DNA of 64,000 nucleotides from positions 93,064,001 through 93,128,000 of the forward strand of contig NC_045696.1 of assembly GCF_009834535.1 (NCBI RefSeq), read 5' to 3'. The translations under genes and the position numbers were made by a program. The stretch comes from Camelus ferus (lineage: Eukaryota). Under the pieces are notes generated by a model. It ran no database searches. It worked only from the letters and a program-made list of their open reading frames with translations, and had not been told where the DNA came from. Shown piece after piece: positions 24,261 to 37,527 of the stretch; the first letter of the stretch is position 1, and every line of letters begins with the position of its first letter.

Positions 24261-24789
24261 CTCCAAGAGCAGAATGGTTCTACTGGTGCTCTCTCTGCTG
24301 CTGACATCTGTGAGAGCCCTGAGCTTTCAAAAATGTGAGTTAACAAATCTACCTTCCTCATCAGGCATTCCTAACATCCTAAAGGATTCTATGCTGAGGT
24401 GCCGTGTTTTGTATATATTTCCTAGAGATGGTGTGCAGTTTGTACTTTGCTTTCTCATATGGTTTTAGTGATGCAGTCTGGGAAGGTAGAATTGTGTCAT
24501 CTTTGGAATCAGCCATACCTGGCAAGCATCCACACTCTACGACTTTGACTCTGAGAGTCACTGTGTGGTGTTTGACAAGTTGCTTAATCTCTCTGAGATG
24601 TAGTCTTCTATAATGAAGGAGAATAATTAAGGAAAAAACTAATCATTGTATTGAGGTCACAAAATGCTAGCACATAGTAATTAATACGTTAGTTAAAATG
24701 TATTTAAGTATATATACACACACACACACATACACATATGCATGTATTAAATAGGAGTATTTTGTAGGAGAAAATTTCAACATATGGGA

Positions 24790-26475
24790 AATAAAACTCC
24801 CTGAACACAGACATAAGACATTAAAGTCTTTGTCCTACAAAAAGTGTCACTGTGTGATATTTAAAAGCAAAATACCACCTGGGAATTTAAAAATTCTCTC
24901 AAACAATTCTTGGTCAAAGAGAAAATCAAAGTAAAATGTCAGAATATTTAGAAAATATCATTAATTAAAACATTACATGTCAGAACCCATGAGATACAGC
25001 TAAAACTATGTTTATAGGAAAAACATGTGAACTTAAATGTTTCTATAGATGGAGAAAAATTAATGAATTTAAGCATCAGCTTAAAAATTAGACAAGGAAT
25101 AAGATAAACATAAAGAAAAGTTAAAGGAAATGATTAATAGGTTAATAAATAATAATTAATAATTTTAAAAGCACAAATTAATAAAATGCAAAACAGGAAA
25201 ACTGTAAACCTGAAAAATAAATTCTGGTTCTTGGAAAAACTAGTTAAAATGAGAAAAGCACAATTATACATAATAAGAAATAAGAGTGGGTAAATGACCA
25301 CAGAGACAGAGGAAATGGAAATAATTAGCTCTTGTTCATCTCAATACTGAGGTGAAGTGGAATAATTTTTAGGAAAATGTAAATTGCTAAAACCATCCCT
25401 CATAGAGGAAAGCCATTTACTATATTCAGAGTTCATTTACGATACAAGAGATAGATGAAAGTTATTAAAATCACTAATGCTTCCCTAATGAAAGAAAGCA
25501 TTGCTCTGATGCAAATATAAATGTAAGGGGAAAAGTTGGAGACAGAAATTGAAAAGGAAGAGGTAAAATTACTTTAGGCAATGGTTTATGTATCAAAATC
25601 TAAGAGAATCAACTGAAAAGTTCCTATTGACCCTAAGCAAATTTGGTAAGTTGTATACAGTTCATACAAAAATGTGTCATGGGAAAAACATATTTACAAT
25701 AACAACCAAGAACTACTTTTTAAAAAAGAATGAACTTAAGAAATGTGCAAGAATTTTATGAGGAAAATTCTAACACACACAAAAAGTCTTGACTAAATGA
25801 AAAAGTATCTGGCGTTCTTGGAAGAGTAGGCTGAATATTACAATGTTTCTCATATCCCTAAATTAATCACTCTACTTAATGCAAGTCAATTAAAAATAAC
25901 AACAGAAGTTTTTCCTTCCCTTCCCTCTCCTCTCTCTTTCCTTCTTTTTTTGAACTAAGTGATTTGAAAATTCAAGAGGAAAATGAAACATGTGAAAGTA
26001 ATCAAAATAATTCTGAAAATAAGAATAATGAAGGGGCACAAGGCATGCAGATTTTAAAACAGATTGTTACTAGGATATGAATAAGCAGATCATTAGTAAA
26101 AACTAGCAAGTCCAGAAATAGATATGATTCCAAGATACATCTTGATGGAAGCGTGGGTTACAAAGGTATATGCATTTGTCAAAACTCAGTGAATGTACAG
26201 TTAAGGTCCATACATTTCATCATATGTAAAGTTTATTTTGAAAGAAAAATCTATTAAAACTTACTGGACTCTAGTCCTATGACATGCATACTCAAGTATT
26301 TGGAGGAAATTGTGCTGATATCTGCAATTTATTTTAAGACAAATCAGAAAATGGGAAAAATCGGAAAATGAGAATTGATGACAGCTAGCGGGTTGCATAA
26401 ATGAAAAAATTTGTAATTATGTAGAATTATCTCAACATTGACATATGCTTGAAATTTTCGTATTTAAGTGTGGGA
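24790..26475 (+). mobile_element. Ancient, heavily deleted LINE-1 (L1M/L1ME-like ORF2 and 3' pieces)
   Basis: A-rich ORF2-like segments (GAGATACAGCTAAAAC, GAATCAACTGAAAAG) and 3' UTR motif GCATTTGTCAAAACTCA. Confidence 0.7.
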
Positions 26476-28842
26476 ACAACAGGGTCAAATGTGCAGAGAA
26501 ATTTAGAATGCAATAAAGATAAAACTGCATATCTTTAGGTAACAACTTTGTAGGATGAAAGATTTCTGTCTCCTGTTATGATGGTTTCAAGAACCAGTGG
26601 TAGGAAGGGGTTGGTTGTAGGGAACAGAATAGCTCCTGAGGTGAATCTCCTAGGTTCTTTAGTGTATCCTTGTGTCCTGGCTTGTGAGGTCGCATGGAAA
26701 GTTGGCACCACTTCCCAAGAGAGCTCTCTGCTGGGCGGATGTTTTCTCATTAAGGAACCACGTAGACTAGCAAGGGGAGACCTGGTCCTCAGGGACTGCA
26801 CATGTGCAAAGGTCTAGGAGAAGAACACAGTCACTGTTCCAGAGGGTATGTTGTGGCGGCCAAGGGTGGCTCTGTTCTTCAAGCATGGTGATATTTATGC
26901 CTTCGAGTTTTTGGTTACGTTGCTCTTTTATACCTAATGGCTTGAATATTCAGATCTGTTTATTCAGGAGTTCTGAGCAGTTCATCAAGTACTATTATTT
27001 AACTCTTTGTCTTCCGTGGTTTGGTGCTACTCAGCCCTACATTTATATTTCTCCAAGATTTCGTGCAGCAAGTGTTTTGGGAGCAGCATCGATCTGTTGT
27101 TCTACAGAGAGAGTTTGGGAAAATGCGGGCTCCTGGGGACTTAGCCCAGCTCTCAGCAGGAGTCCACTTTGGTTCCTTGTGGAGAGAAACAGCCAGACTT
27201 CCTCAACCTTAAAGATGTACTGAGACTGATGGGGAATTATGGGGCTCTTTTTATTTGGAGCGTGGAGGTAGGAAAAGAGTGTATATATTTTGGTGGCAAA
27301 AAGGAAATACCAGAAGTTCAAATATATGAGGATTCTGTAGTTTTGAGAGTTCTCAGGGAAGGGAAAGCATTAAAGAAAACAGTTTACAGAATGTGTTTAC
27401 AGCTGAATACATTGCGTCATCCTTCCTTCATTGAAAGTATAGTATTTGATGCCACCCTTTTGCCTCTTGAAAGATTACCATTTGAAATATGGAAATGCTA
27501 ATGCAAAATTTCTGAGAAAAACTTGTTTGTCTTTTGGTTTAAATTTTCTTCATCGACAATATCATGGGCTTTTGAAACCTTTCACCTGCCTGAGCCCTCT
27601 TGGAAACCAGCACTGGAAAGCTTTCAGTGATGAAGGTCACCCAGCTCTTACACATAGTTCCCACTGGACACTGTTTCCATGAGGTGTATAATTAGCAGAG
27701 GGTCAGCAAATAAGATTTTGAAGAATGTGATTATAGAAGCAGAAAAGTCATTTTAGGCAAGTTTGTCCTCTGTGAGTGTTTTAGGAAAGGAGCAGAAGCC
27801 AACCAGCGAGGAACTGGACCACATCCCTGATTCCAGCTGCCTTAATACCCTCTTTAGAAACTCAGGTGCAAAGCTCAAAAGCTCAAGGTCTCAGGTGCAT
27901 TTCCTTGGCAACAGATTCCCGTGCTGAGGGCCTGACTTACCTTGCCACTCGGTTCTCACAGCAACCCTAAAAATGTAGGTCTTATTTAAATCTCGATTTT
28001 ATAGACAAGAAACAGGCCACGTTAAGTTAAGTCACGTTAAGTGTGATTTTCAAAAAAGGTAATATCAGGACTCTCTGGCAAATATAAAAAGGACAAAGTA
28101 TCAAATACTTTATTGAATTCATTCAAAAGGGGAAGAAGATGTTGTGATCAGTTCAAAGAGCTTTTAAGAAGCTAGTGTATTTGTCAGCAACAAATCTTAA
28201 CAAAGGATTGTCAGGATGAGATGGCTGAGCTAGACATAGAGCTGTTTAATGTCCACCTGGCCCTTGGTATTCGGGGTTATCTGTTCCATTGCATGGAAAT
28301 TGTGTGCATCTCTACTGGACAAAAATTTACAAGTTTGCAAGTAAATTCTTCCAGTATGGGAACTTTAATCAGTAGTAAAAATGAGCTGAACTGAGTGCAG
28401 GTCTTGATCATTCTCAGGTGACTTTTGTCCCCATACTATACTGAAAGGATCTGCATCCACTTTTGCCTTTTTCCTAAGTTTGTGGAGACTTTTTCTGACA
28501 GTAACCTGCCCCCAAGTCCCACAGATATTAGTTAGAGGAGCATAGATTTGAACCCCTGTCACTGTGACTGCACAGTCCTGGTATTCAACCCTTTGTTATT
28601 ACTCAGCAATGAGTTAATTTGTTTTTTATTTTAAAATAATGCTGGAATCCATCAGGTCTGTGCAGCTAATTCTCTCTCATATCCAAGGCATCTCTCTGAA
28701 GCAATGGCTAGTGGGATGGCAAAACCTTCCAAATCGGTCAATAAACGTCAATCTGAAGTAATGACACCTTTTGTTTCTGTGTTAGTGGAGATTGCTGAGG
28801 CCGCAGACTCCAGCAATAGGAGCATCACATTAAGAATGACAT

Positions 28843-28965
28843 GGGGGTGGGGGGTGTAGCTCAGTGGTAGAGTGCATGCTTAGCAAGAACGAGGTCCTGG
28901 GTTCAATCCCCAGTACCTCTATTAAAACAAACACACCTAATTACCCCCCCAAATAAATAATTTTA
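28843..28965 (+). mobile_element. vic-1-type SINE
   Basis: TGTAGCTCAGTGGTAGAGTGCATGCTTAGC...GGTTCAATCCCCAGTACC; TSD AA(G/A)AATGACAT at 28832-28842 and 28966-28976. Confidence 0.92.
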
Positions 28966-28976
28966 AAAAATGACAT

Positions 28977-29269
28977 TGAGCATCTTTTCATGTGCCCGTT
29001 GGCCATCTGCATGTCTTCTCTGGAAAAATGCATGATCAGTTCCTCTGCCCATTTTTAATTGGGTTGTTTGTTTCATTGATACTGAGTTGTATGAGTTCTT
29101 TATATATTTTGGATATTAACCCCTCAGTTACAGAGAAGTAATGTACAGCACAGGGAATATAACTAATGTGTTATAATAACTTTATATGGAGTATAATCTA
29201 TAAAAATATCAAACCACTATGTAGGATACCTGAAACTAACTTCTTACTGTAAGTCAACTATACTTTGAT
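28977..29269 (+). mobile_element. Short LINE-1 with 5' inversion
   Basis: 28977-~29127 is antisense ORF2-end sequence; ~29130-29269 is the sense 3' terminus (GTACAGCACAGGGAATATA...GTCAACTATACTT). Confidence 0.75.
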
Positions 29270-29926
29270 AAAAATGACTGTGCTTTATTTTTTACCTTTG
29301 TCTGTATCTGTATTAAAACATTCGAGAAATAGAAACTTTTAGGCTGGAAGCATATTCTATAAACTGTTTGCAAGGCAGGGATCTTGGTATCAATGGCTTG
29401 AAGGTTAGGGAATATCTCTTGGAGTAAGAAATCGATAAATAGGTGCTCACATTTGGGCATCCCTCTGCCAACCTCCTTTCTCAACTTCTTTTACATTTTA
29501 CAGTGGAGTAATAATAGGTGTCTCCAAACTGGGTTCCAGAAAGGGGTATCTCATGTCATGTCACCAGGATGAGGTCATGAATACCAGGAAAACAGCATGA
29601 AGGCTAGAGGCTGGGAGTCAGGAGGCTGACTCTAAAGTTAGAAAAGTCACCTCACCTTTCTATAGTTTACTTTTTTCTATATGTGTGGTTGCACTAGATG
29701 AGAGGTTTCTAAACTTTTTTAAGCACCACAACCTTAATATATGATGCAAATAAAAGAGAAATATTATGGTTAAGGGAATTGAGGAAGAAACAGACGTGGA
29801 AGCCCCCGCCTTCTTCCTGCCCTCTCTTCTCCTTTCCTTATTGGAAAGAATCAGGACTGACTACAGAATCTGCAGGGCCCAATACAAGATGAAAATTCAA
29901 AAATGCCATTCAAAAATTAACAGACT

Positions 29927-30020
29927 TGGGGTGGATATAGCTCAGTGGTAGAACTCATGCTTGGTGTGCACGAGGTCCTGGGTTCAATCCCCAGTACCTC
30001 CATTAAAAAAATTAACTTAA
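29927..30020 (+). mobile_element. vic-1-type SINE
   Basis: GGATATAGCTCAGTGGTAGA...GAGGTCCTGGGTTCAATCCCCAGTACCTCCATTAAAAAAA. Confidence 0.92.
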
Positions 30021-30373
30021 AAATTAAGTAAAAGAAAGTGACATTAAATATGCTATAAAGTATTTTCCTTTAAAAATATTTGATGCTATAAAATTTAGAG
30101 GTGTAGTTGTGATTCTTGAGTAATAACATAAACTTAAAAACAGCAAAAAAAAAGTAATATTTTGGGTGTCATAATTTTATGTAATACACAATGTATAATA
30201 ATACTTTAATAATTTAATATCTTTATTGACCATGAGTTTTTTTGTGGCTCACTTTTCTGTAAATTATATATTAGATCATCAGAATTTGTATTTTATGCAA
30301 TTTCATTTTCTGTATAATTGAAAGCAATGATAGTCACTTTTGGCAAATGCAAGACTGACTGCAAATAATTTTT

Positions 30374-31632
30374 TTTTCATTTTGACTTTTTATTGAGGTA
30401 TAGTCAGTTACAATGTGTGAATTCCTGGTGTACAGCACAATGTCCAAGTCATGGATATGTATACATATATTCGTTTTCATATTCTTTTCCATTATGTGAT
30501 ATTGAATATAATCCCATGTGCTATACAGAAGAAATTTGTCTTTTTTAATCTATTTTTATATATAGTGGCTAACATTTGCGAATTCCAAACTCCCAAATTT
30601 ATCCCTTCCCACCCTCTTTCCCCCGGTAACCTTAAGATTGTTTACTATGTCTGCAAGTCTGTTTCTGTTTTGTAGATGAGTTCATTAGTGTCCTCTTCTT
30701 TCTTTTTTTAGATTCTACGTATGAGTGATATCATATGGTATTTTTCTTTCTCTTTCTGGCTTACTCCACTTAGAATGACAATCTCTAGGTCCATCCATGT
30801 TGCTACAAATGGCATTATTTTATTATTTTTTATGGCTGAGTAGTATTCCATTGTTTAAATCTACCACAACTTCTTTATCCAGTCATCTGTCAATGGACAT
30901 TTAGGTTGCTTCTGTGTCTTGGCTATTGTATATAGTGCTGCTGTGAAAATTGGGGTGCAGGTGTCTTTTCAACTTAGAATTTCCTCTGGATATATATACC
31001 CAGTAGTGGGATTGCTGGATCATATGATGTCTATTAGTTTTTTGTGGAATCCCCATACTGTTTTCCATAATGGCTGCACCAAACTACATTCCCACCAACA
31101 GTTTAAGAGGGTTCCCTTTCCCCCCCACCCTCTCCAGCATTTATCATTCATGGTCTTCTTAATAATGGCCATTCTGACTGGTGTGAGGTGATACCTCATT
31201 GTAGTTTTGATTTGCGTTTCTCTGATAATTAGCAGTATTAAGCATTTTCTCATGGGCCTATTGGCCATTTGTATGTCTTCATTGGAGAATTGCTTGTTTA
31301 GATCTTACGCTCATTTTTGGATTGTGTTGTTTGTTTTTTTGTTAAGTTGTATGAGCTGTTTATATATTCTGGAAATTAAACCTTTGTCAGTAGCATCCTT
31401 TGCCAATATTTTCTCCCATTCCACAGGCTGTTGTTTTGTTTTGATTATGATTTCCTATGCTGTGCAAAAGCTTATGAGTTTAATTAGGTCCTATTTGTTT
31501 ATTTGCTTTTATTTCTGTCATCTAGGTAGACTGCCCTAGGAGAACTTCGCTAAGGTTTATGTCAGAGAATGTATTGCCTATGTTTTCTTCTAGGACGTTT
31601 GTTGTATCTTGTCTTATATTTAAGTCTTTAAG
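30374..31632 (-). mobile_element. 5'-truncated LINE-1
   Basis: ORF 31020..31268 matches ORF2 C-terminus ([16 protein letters not shown]); TSD CTGCAAATAATTTTT at 30359-30373 and 31633-31647. Confidence 0.94.
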
Positions 31633-32769
31633 CTGCAAATAATTTTTGATAATTTTCAATTTCAAGAAGATTTTTCTGCTGGTATAACTGTTACTGGAGA
31701 GCTGTTCAGAGTAGTTTATAGGCTGTGACAATAAGGATAAATTTCTGATAAATTTACATCAAAATATAAATTTTAAAACATCTAGAGCTGATGATTCGTA
31801 TGAAACAATTTTTCTAGAAAAAGATTTAACTCTCCATCCAAATCAGTTTTGTGTAAATCTGAATTTAATCTTAAATATAAACTTACACAATGGTAGTTTG
31901 ATATTTCTTCTGACATTTTCCATAACTTGTCTAAGTTGTGCAAGAAACCAAAAGTAGCTTTATGATTTGTATGTATTTCAAAACATCTGTTATGCATTCT
32001 TCAATTATAAGGAAAAGGTAATTTAAAAATTGTCTACTTCTCCATATTTAGTTCATCCAAAGCTTCATATGAAAATAGTGTTATTTTACATCAAATGTAA
32101 CAATCTTTAAATTTAATTTCTATTTTGGAATCTGTGGATATTTTGTCTTACAATTTTTAAAACGAGAGATTACACAATCTACTGCCAAAATTCACTGCTT
32201 ATCTACCAGGAACTGCATTCAGGCATGCCTGCTGCCATCCCTACTGCCATTCTGCGCCCAGGTCCCGGTGCGGTTCTGCTCTCCGCAGCTCTGGGCTGTC
32301 CCAGGCTGAGACATGCACCTGAGGCTGACTGCTCTGTGGCTGCAGTTTGCGGTGCCCTGAGCCTGAGCTTCACACACACGGGCTGCTACAGGACCACTGC
32401 AGCTCATGCGCACTGCCTGCTCAGCATCACCTCTGCTCATGCACATGCTCCATTGTCCCAACCATACTGAGGACACACAAGTTCCAAGATGAAGTTACGA
32501 AGAATTTCAGGATCCTTGCAGGAGAGCATTAAAATGAGCATGAGGTTCTTCTCAGCATGGAGTCTGAGATGACTGCACAGGTTCCACTCTGGAGAAGCTG
32601 GCCCTAGAAGGAACTCTCGGGGCTCTGTAATTGCACATGACAGTGATTTCACTTACCGGCTCTTTCTAACACATCTTTCTATGTCAGAAAGCTCAGTTCT
32701 GATATCTTTATCAAGGAACCATTATTTAGTGTTTAGTTGGATGGGGGTAAACCTCCAAGACTAAGAATA

Positions 32770-33160
32770 AATGGTCAAAAAGGGGAAAAGCCAGAAGAGT
32801 CTGATGCCACAGAAGTGAAGAGAATAGAGGATTTCAAGAAAGATAAAGTAACCAGTGGCATCAAGTGACCCCAAGAGCTCATCAGTAAGTAAGATCAGGA
32901 CTGAAGAATTTCCATTGATTTTATTTATTTTTTATTTTTTAAACATTTTTTATTGATTTATAATCACTTTACAATGTTGTGTCAAATTCCAGTGTTCAGC
33001 ACAATTTTTCCATTGATTTTAGTAACACAGCAGTCACGTGATCTTAGATCTGAGTGATCTTAGAAATAAGTTGTTTGAGTGGAGAAATGTAGGCTGAAGC
33101 CATATCAGAAGGTTCGTCAAGGAATGAGAAGAAATTGAAAAATGGACTCCTGCAACCCCT
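32770..33160 (-). mobile_element. L2 fragment
   Basis: Purine-rich AGGACTGAAGAATTTCCATTGATTTTAGTAACA typical of antisense L2. Confidence 0.6.
32924..33006 (-). mobile_element. Very short young LINE-1 3' tip
   Basis: CATTTTTTATTGATTTATAATC..., near-identical to 37320; perfect TSD TTTCCATTGATTTTA at 32909-32923 and 33007-33021. Confidence 0.88.
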
Positions 33161-33599
33161 TTTATTGCTGTGGCCTGAGGGTCAATAGATATGGTCCCTC
33201 TACTTGATGTAATCCCAGTTTCTCGCTTCTCCACTATTGTAGTGCTGCCTTCTGCTCTGAGCCACCCTTTCCTTCCTGGAACTCACAAGGAGGATTCCCA
33301 GGGAAGGATCAGGAAGTTTGTAACCCTTTGTTGCTTCTTACTCGTTAGTCTCGATACCTTTCACATTTTGGACATCTCAGGTTGGAAAAACCTTGCCCAA
33401 TTCATTCTACTGCAATTTGCTGAACACTTTTCTTGGACTTTGAACACATACAGTTCTTCACATAGCAACACATTCAACACAAGCTGATAATAGGGGAAAG
33501 TCTCACACAACCCATCAAAACCACGTTAGTCAGATCCATCATAAATGCACCACCCTACTTTGGTCTCATCAATAATCCCCCCTTCTTGGTGACGAATCA

Positions 33600-34105
33600 A
33601 GCCCCACCCTGGTCTGAGTCTCCATCATCTCTTGTCTCTTGTCTGGATAACAAGTCTCCCTGCTTCTGTCTTTGCTCCCAATCACAGCAGCCAGAATGGT
33701 AACTTTAAAAATGTGTCATTAGATTATGTTAGTTATCTCTTTAAAACTTTCCTTTGGCTTCTTGTTTCATTTAGAGAAAACCCCAAAATTCTAACAATGG
33801 CTGATAAAGCCCTCTGTCCTCACCTCTCTGATCTCTTCTCTTATAGCTGGGCCCCTTGCTCACCCCGCTGGAGCCATACTAACTCCTTACTGTTCTTCAA
33901 TCCTTCACTTCTTTTCTTTCAATCTTCAAGGAAAAGCCAGCCTTAGGATCAACCGAATTATTAGTCAGCCCTGCTTCTTTTTACATAGCGCTTAATCACT
34001 TTTTTTAATATAATTCTGGGAGGGCGGGGATCTTTGTTTATTGATGTATCCCAAGTGCCTAGGATGGTGTCTAGCATGTAGTAGGTGCTCAGCAAACACT
34101 TGTTT
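33600..34105 (+). mobile_element. L2 3' end
   Basis: CACAGCAGCCAGAATG...GTGCCTAGGATGGTGTCTAGCATGTAGTAGGTGCTCAGCAAACACTTGTT. Confidence 0.8.
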
Positions 34106-34245
34106 TAAAAACACAATTTTCAACTTTGTTACTATTTTGCCTGGCATTTCTCCCAGTCCTTTTCTGCCTCCCTTCCCCTTTTCACCTTGAGGGGCTGGGG
34201 GTTCTTTTCTAAAACTTTGTTTCAGGAACCAATTTGAACTTTAAA

Positions 34246-36815
34246 AATTTGAGATATAATTCACGTACCATAAAATTCACTCTTTTTTAAGTGTACAACT
34301 CAGTGGTTTTAATATATTCAGAAGGATGTGCAGCTATCACCACTATCTAATTCCAGAATATTTTCATCACTCCTGAAAGAAACTCCATACCCCTTAGCAG
34401 TCACTCCCCACCCTCAGCTCCCACCACCCTCAAGCAACCACTGATCTACTGTCTATCTCTATAGGTTTGCTTGTTGTGGACATTTCATAAAATGGAATCA
34501 TACAGTATGGCTTCTTTTACTTAAGATACTATTTTCAAGGTACAACCATTTTTGAGCAGAACTTCATTCCTTTTTATGGCTGAACACATTGTATGGATGT
34601 AATACATTTAGTTTATTTATTCATCAGTTTATGAACATCTGCATTATGTCTACTTTTTGGCTTTATAAATAATGCTGCTATAAACATTTGTGTCTAATTT
34701 TTGTTTAAACACTTGTTTTTAATTATCTTGGGTATACATGTGAAAATGTAATTTCTGGGTCATAAGATAATTCTATATTTAACATTTTGAGGAAATTCAA
34801 AGCTGTTTTTCAAAGTGGCTGTACCATTTCACATTCCTACCAGCTCCATAGGGTTCTAGTTTCTCTACATTTTTGTCAGCGCTGGTTATGGTTTGTCTTT
34901 TTTATTATAGTCATCTTAGTGGAAGCAAAGTGGTAGCTCATTATGGTTTTGATTTGCGTTTCCCTAATGACTAATGATTTATTGGCCACATGAATATCTT
35001 TTTTGGGTAAATGTCTATTTAAATTCTTTGCCCATGTTAAAATTGGTTGTCTTGATTGTTGAACTCTAAGAGTTTTTAAAAATATACTCTGGATACTAAA
35101 CTATTGTCACATATATTATTTACAAATATTTTTCCCATTCCATAGATTGCCTTTTTATTTTCTTCATAGTGTTCTTTGATGTACAAAACTTTTAAATACT
35201 GATGAGGGCCAATTTACCTATTTTTTCTTTGATTACTTCTACTTCAGGTGTTATATCTAAGAAATCATTGCCTGATTCACCCCTATGTTTCCTCCTGATC
35301 TTACAGTTTTAGTTCTTAGATTTAGGTCTTTGATGCATTTTTAGTTAATTTTTGTATATGGTATGAAGAAGGGGTTTGCCTTAATCCTTTTACACATGAA
35401 AAACTATTTGTCCTAGCATCATTTGTTGAAAAGATTGTTCTTTCCCTAATATTTTGTCTTGGCAGCCTTGTTGAAAATCAATTGACTGTAAGTAGTTTAT
35501 TTCTAGATTCTCAATTTTATTCCATTGATCTATATGTCTTTATACCTGTACCACACATTCTTAATTACTACAGCTTTGTAGTAAGTTTTGAAATCAGTTA
35601 AATGTGAGTTCTCCAACTTTATTATCCTCTTCAAGATTGTTTTGATTATCCAGGGACCCTTGCAATTCCATATGAATTTTAAGGTTAGGTTTCCTATTTC
35701 TGCAAAAAGAAAAAAAAAGAGCATTGGTATTTTGATAGGCGTACATTGGATCTATAGATTGCTTTGGGTAGTACTGCCATCTTTAACAATATTAAATGTT
35801 TCAGTCTGTCAACATGTAATGTCTTTCTATTTATTTAGATCTCTAGTTATCCTCAGCAATATTTTCTTAGTCTCAGTTGGAAGTCTTATTTATCTTTGGT
35901 TAAATTTGTTCCTAGGTATTTTATTATTTTTGATGCTATGGTAAATGTCTTTTTTTCTTATATAATTTTCAAACCGTTCATTGCTAATGTTTAGAAATAC
36001 AATTGATTTTTGTGTCTTGATCTTGTAACCTTGCTGAATTTGATTATTAACTCCCAGGTTTTTTGGTGTGGATTCTTCAGGATTTTCAGATGTTTTTCAC
36101 TCCTGGCTACAACCTCCCATACAATACTGAATCAAAGTGTGAGAGCAAACATCCTTGTCTTGTTCGTGATGTAAAGCGGGAAGCATCTAATCTTTCACCA
36201 TTAAGTGTGTTGTTAGTGGGGGGTTTTTGTAGATTCCTTTCATGAAGTTGAAGTTCCCTTTTATTCCTATGTAGTGTTTTTACTTTGAAATGATGTTGGA
36301 TTTTGTCGAATTTTTTTTTCTGCATCTACTGAGATGATCGTGTGGTTTTTGTTTCTTATTCTGGTAATAGGGTGTATGATGTTAATTAGTATTTGAATGC
36401 CATCCTGACTATGCATTCCTGGGATAAATCCAACTTAGTCATGGTGTATGATTCTTTTACATGTTGCTGGATTTGGTTTGTTTGTTATTGAGAATTTTAT
36501 TAGAGAGATTGGTCTATAGTTTTCTTAAAATATCTTTGGCTTTGGTATTAGGCTAATACTGGCCTCATAGAATGAGATGGGAAGACTTCCTTCCTCTTCT
36601 GCTTTTGGAAAGAGTTTCTGAAGGATTAGTATTAACCTTGCATGTTTGTTAGAATTCACCAGTGAAATCATCTGTTTCAGGGCTTTTCTTTTGTGGGACT
36701 TTTTTTTGGATTATGATTTCAATCTCTACTTTTTATATGTCGATTCAAATATTCTATTCCTTTTTGAGTCAGTTTTGATAGTTGATGTCTTTATAAGAAA
36801 TTTTCTATTTAATCT
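34246..36815 (-). mobile_element. Old LINE-1 (L1MB-like) ORF2 and 3' UTR
   Basis: TTGAGATATAATTCACGTACCATAAAATTCAC start; ORF2 remnants LKFIWN, DFKTYYKA, FDKIQH, TRQGCLLS. Confidence 0.9.
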
Positions 36816-37314
36816 AGCATGTGCAGGTCTATTTACTATAATTTCAGACACTGATGGTTAAAAATGTGTGAAAAATGGGGCTGAAAATGGAGGGAATGAC
36901 TACAAAGAGGAATGGGGAAATATTTAGGGGTGATGGAAATTTTCTAGATCTTGATTTTGGTGGTGGTTACATGTGTTTATCAAGACTCATAGAAATAACC
37001 CCCAAAAAGTGAATAAAAATATGAAGAGTGAAGAATTCTGACTTATCTTAAATAAGAAACCAAGTATTTGAATTTTTAGCTGAATAACCCTAGAAGAATC
37101 TAATGTCATCTTGATAATAAAGGATTTGAGAGCTGAATCTTGAAGAAAGTATGCAAAGTAGAAACAGAAAATGTACCTAAACACCCAGATGGTATGCCCT
37201 AAGAGGAAGATTAGAAAATGGTCAAATATAGGCCTTTGGGTTTGTGAGTTCAAAGCAAAACTAGTCTATTCCTGAATAAAACTTTTTTTCACAGACTAAA
37301 TTACAAAACTTTTT

Positions 37315-37527
37315 TTTAACATTTTTTATTGATTTATAATCATTTTACAATGTTGTGTTAAATTCCAGTGTAGAGCACAATTTTTCAGTTATACATGAAT
37401 ATACATATATTCATTGTCACATTTTTTTCTCTGAGCTACCATAAGATCTTGTATACATTTCCCTGTGCTATACAGTATATTCTTGTTTATCTATTCTACA
37501 GTTTTGAAATCCCAGTCTATCCCTTCC
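37315..37527 (-). mobile_element. Young LINE-1 3' tip
   Basis: TSD TACAAAACTTTTT at 37302-37314 and 37528-37540. Confidence 0.9.

Larger units (their letters stand above)
29852..32606 (-). mobile_element. hAT-Tip100 DNA transposon (MER45/Zaphod-like) with transposase remnant, interrupted by a SINE and an L1
   Basis: MER45-like termini CAGGACTGACTAC...GAAGCTGGCCCTA; 8-bp TSD GAAAGAAT/GAAGGAAC; minus-strand PVTV...KLKIIKNYL hAT dimerisation motif. Confidence 0.8.

Noticed and set aside
26535..27682. Cluster of overlapping 60-139 aa ORFs
   Set aside because: No recognisable domain, mostly non-ATG starts, no coherent exon structure
32219..32532. GC-rich patch with Ala/Cys-rich ORFs as a second promoter or exon
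   Set aside because: Lies in the subterminal region of the hAT element and is rich in TG/CA decay products
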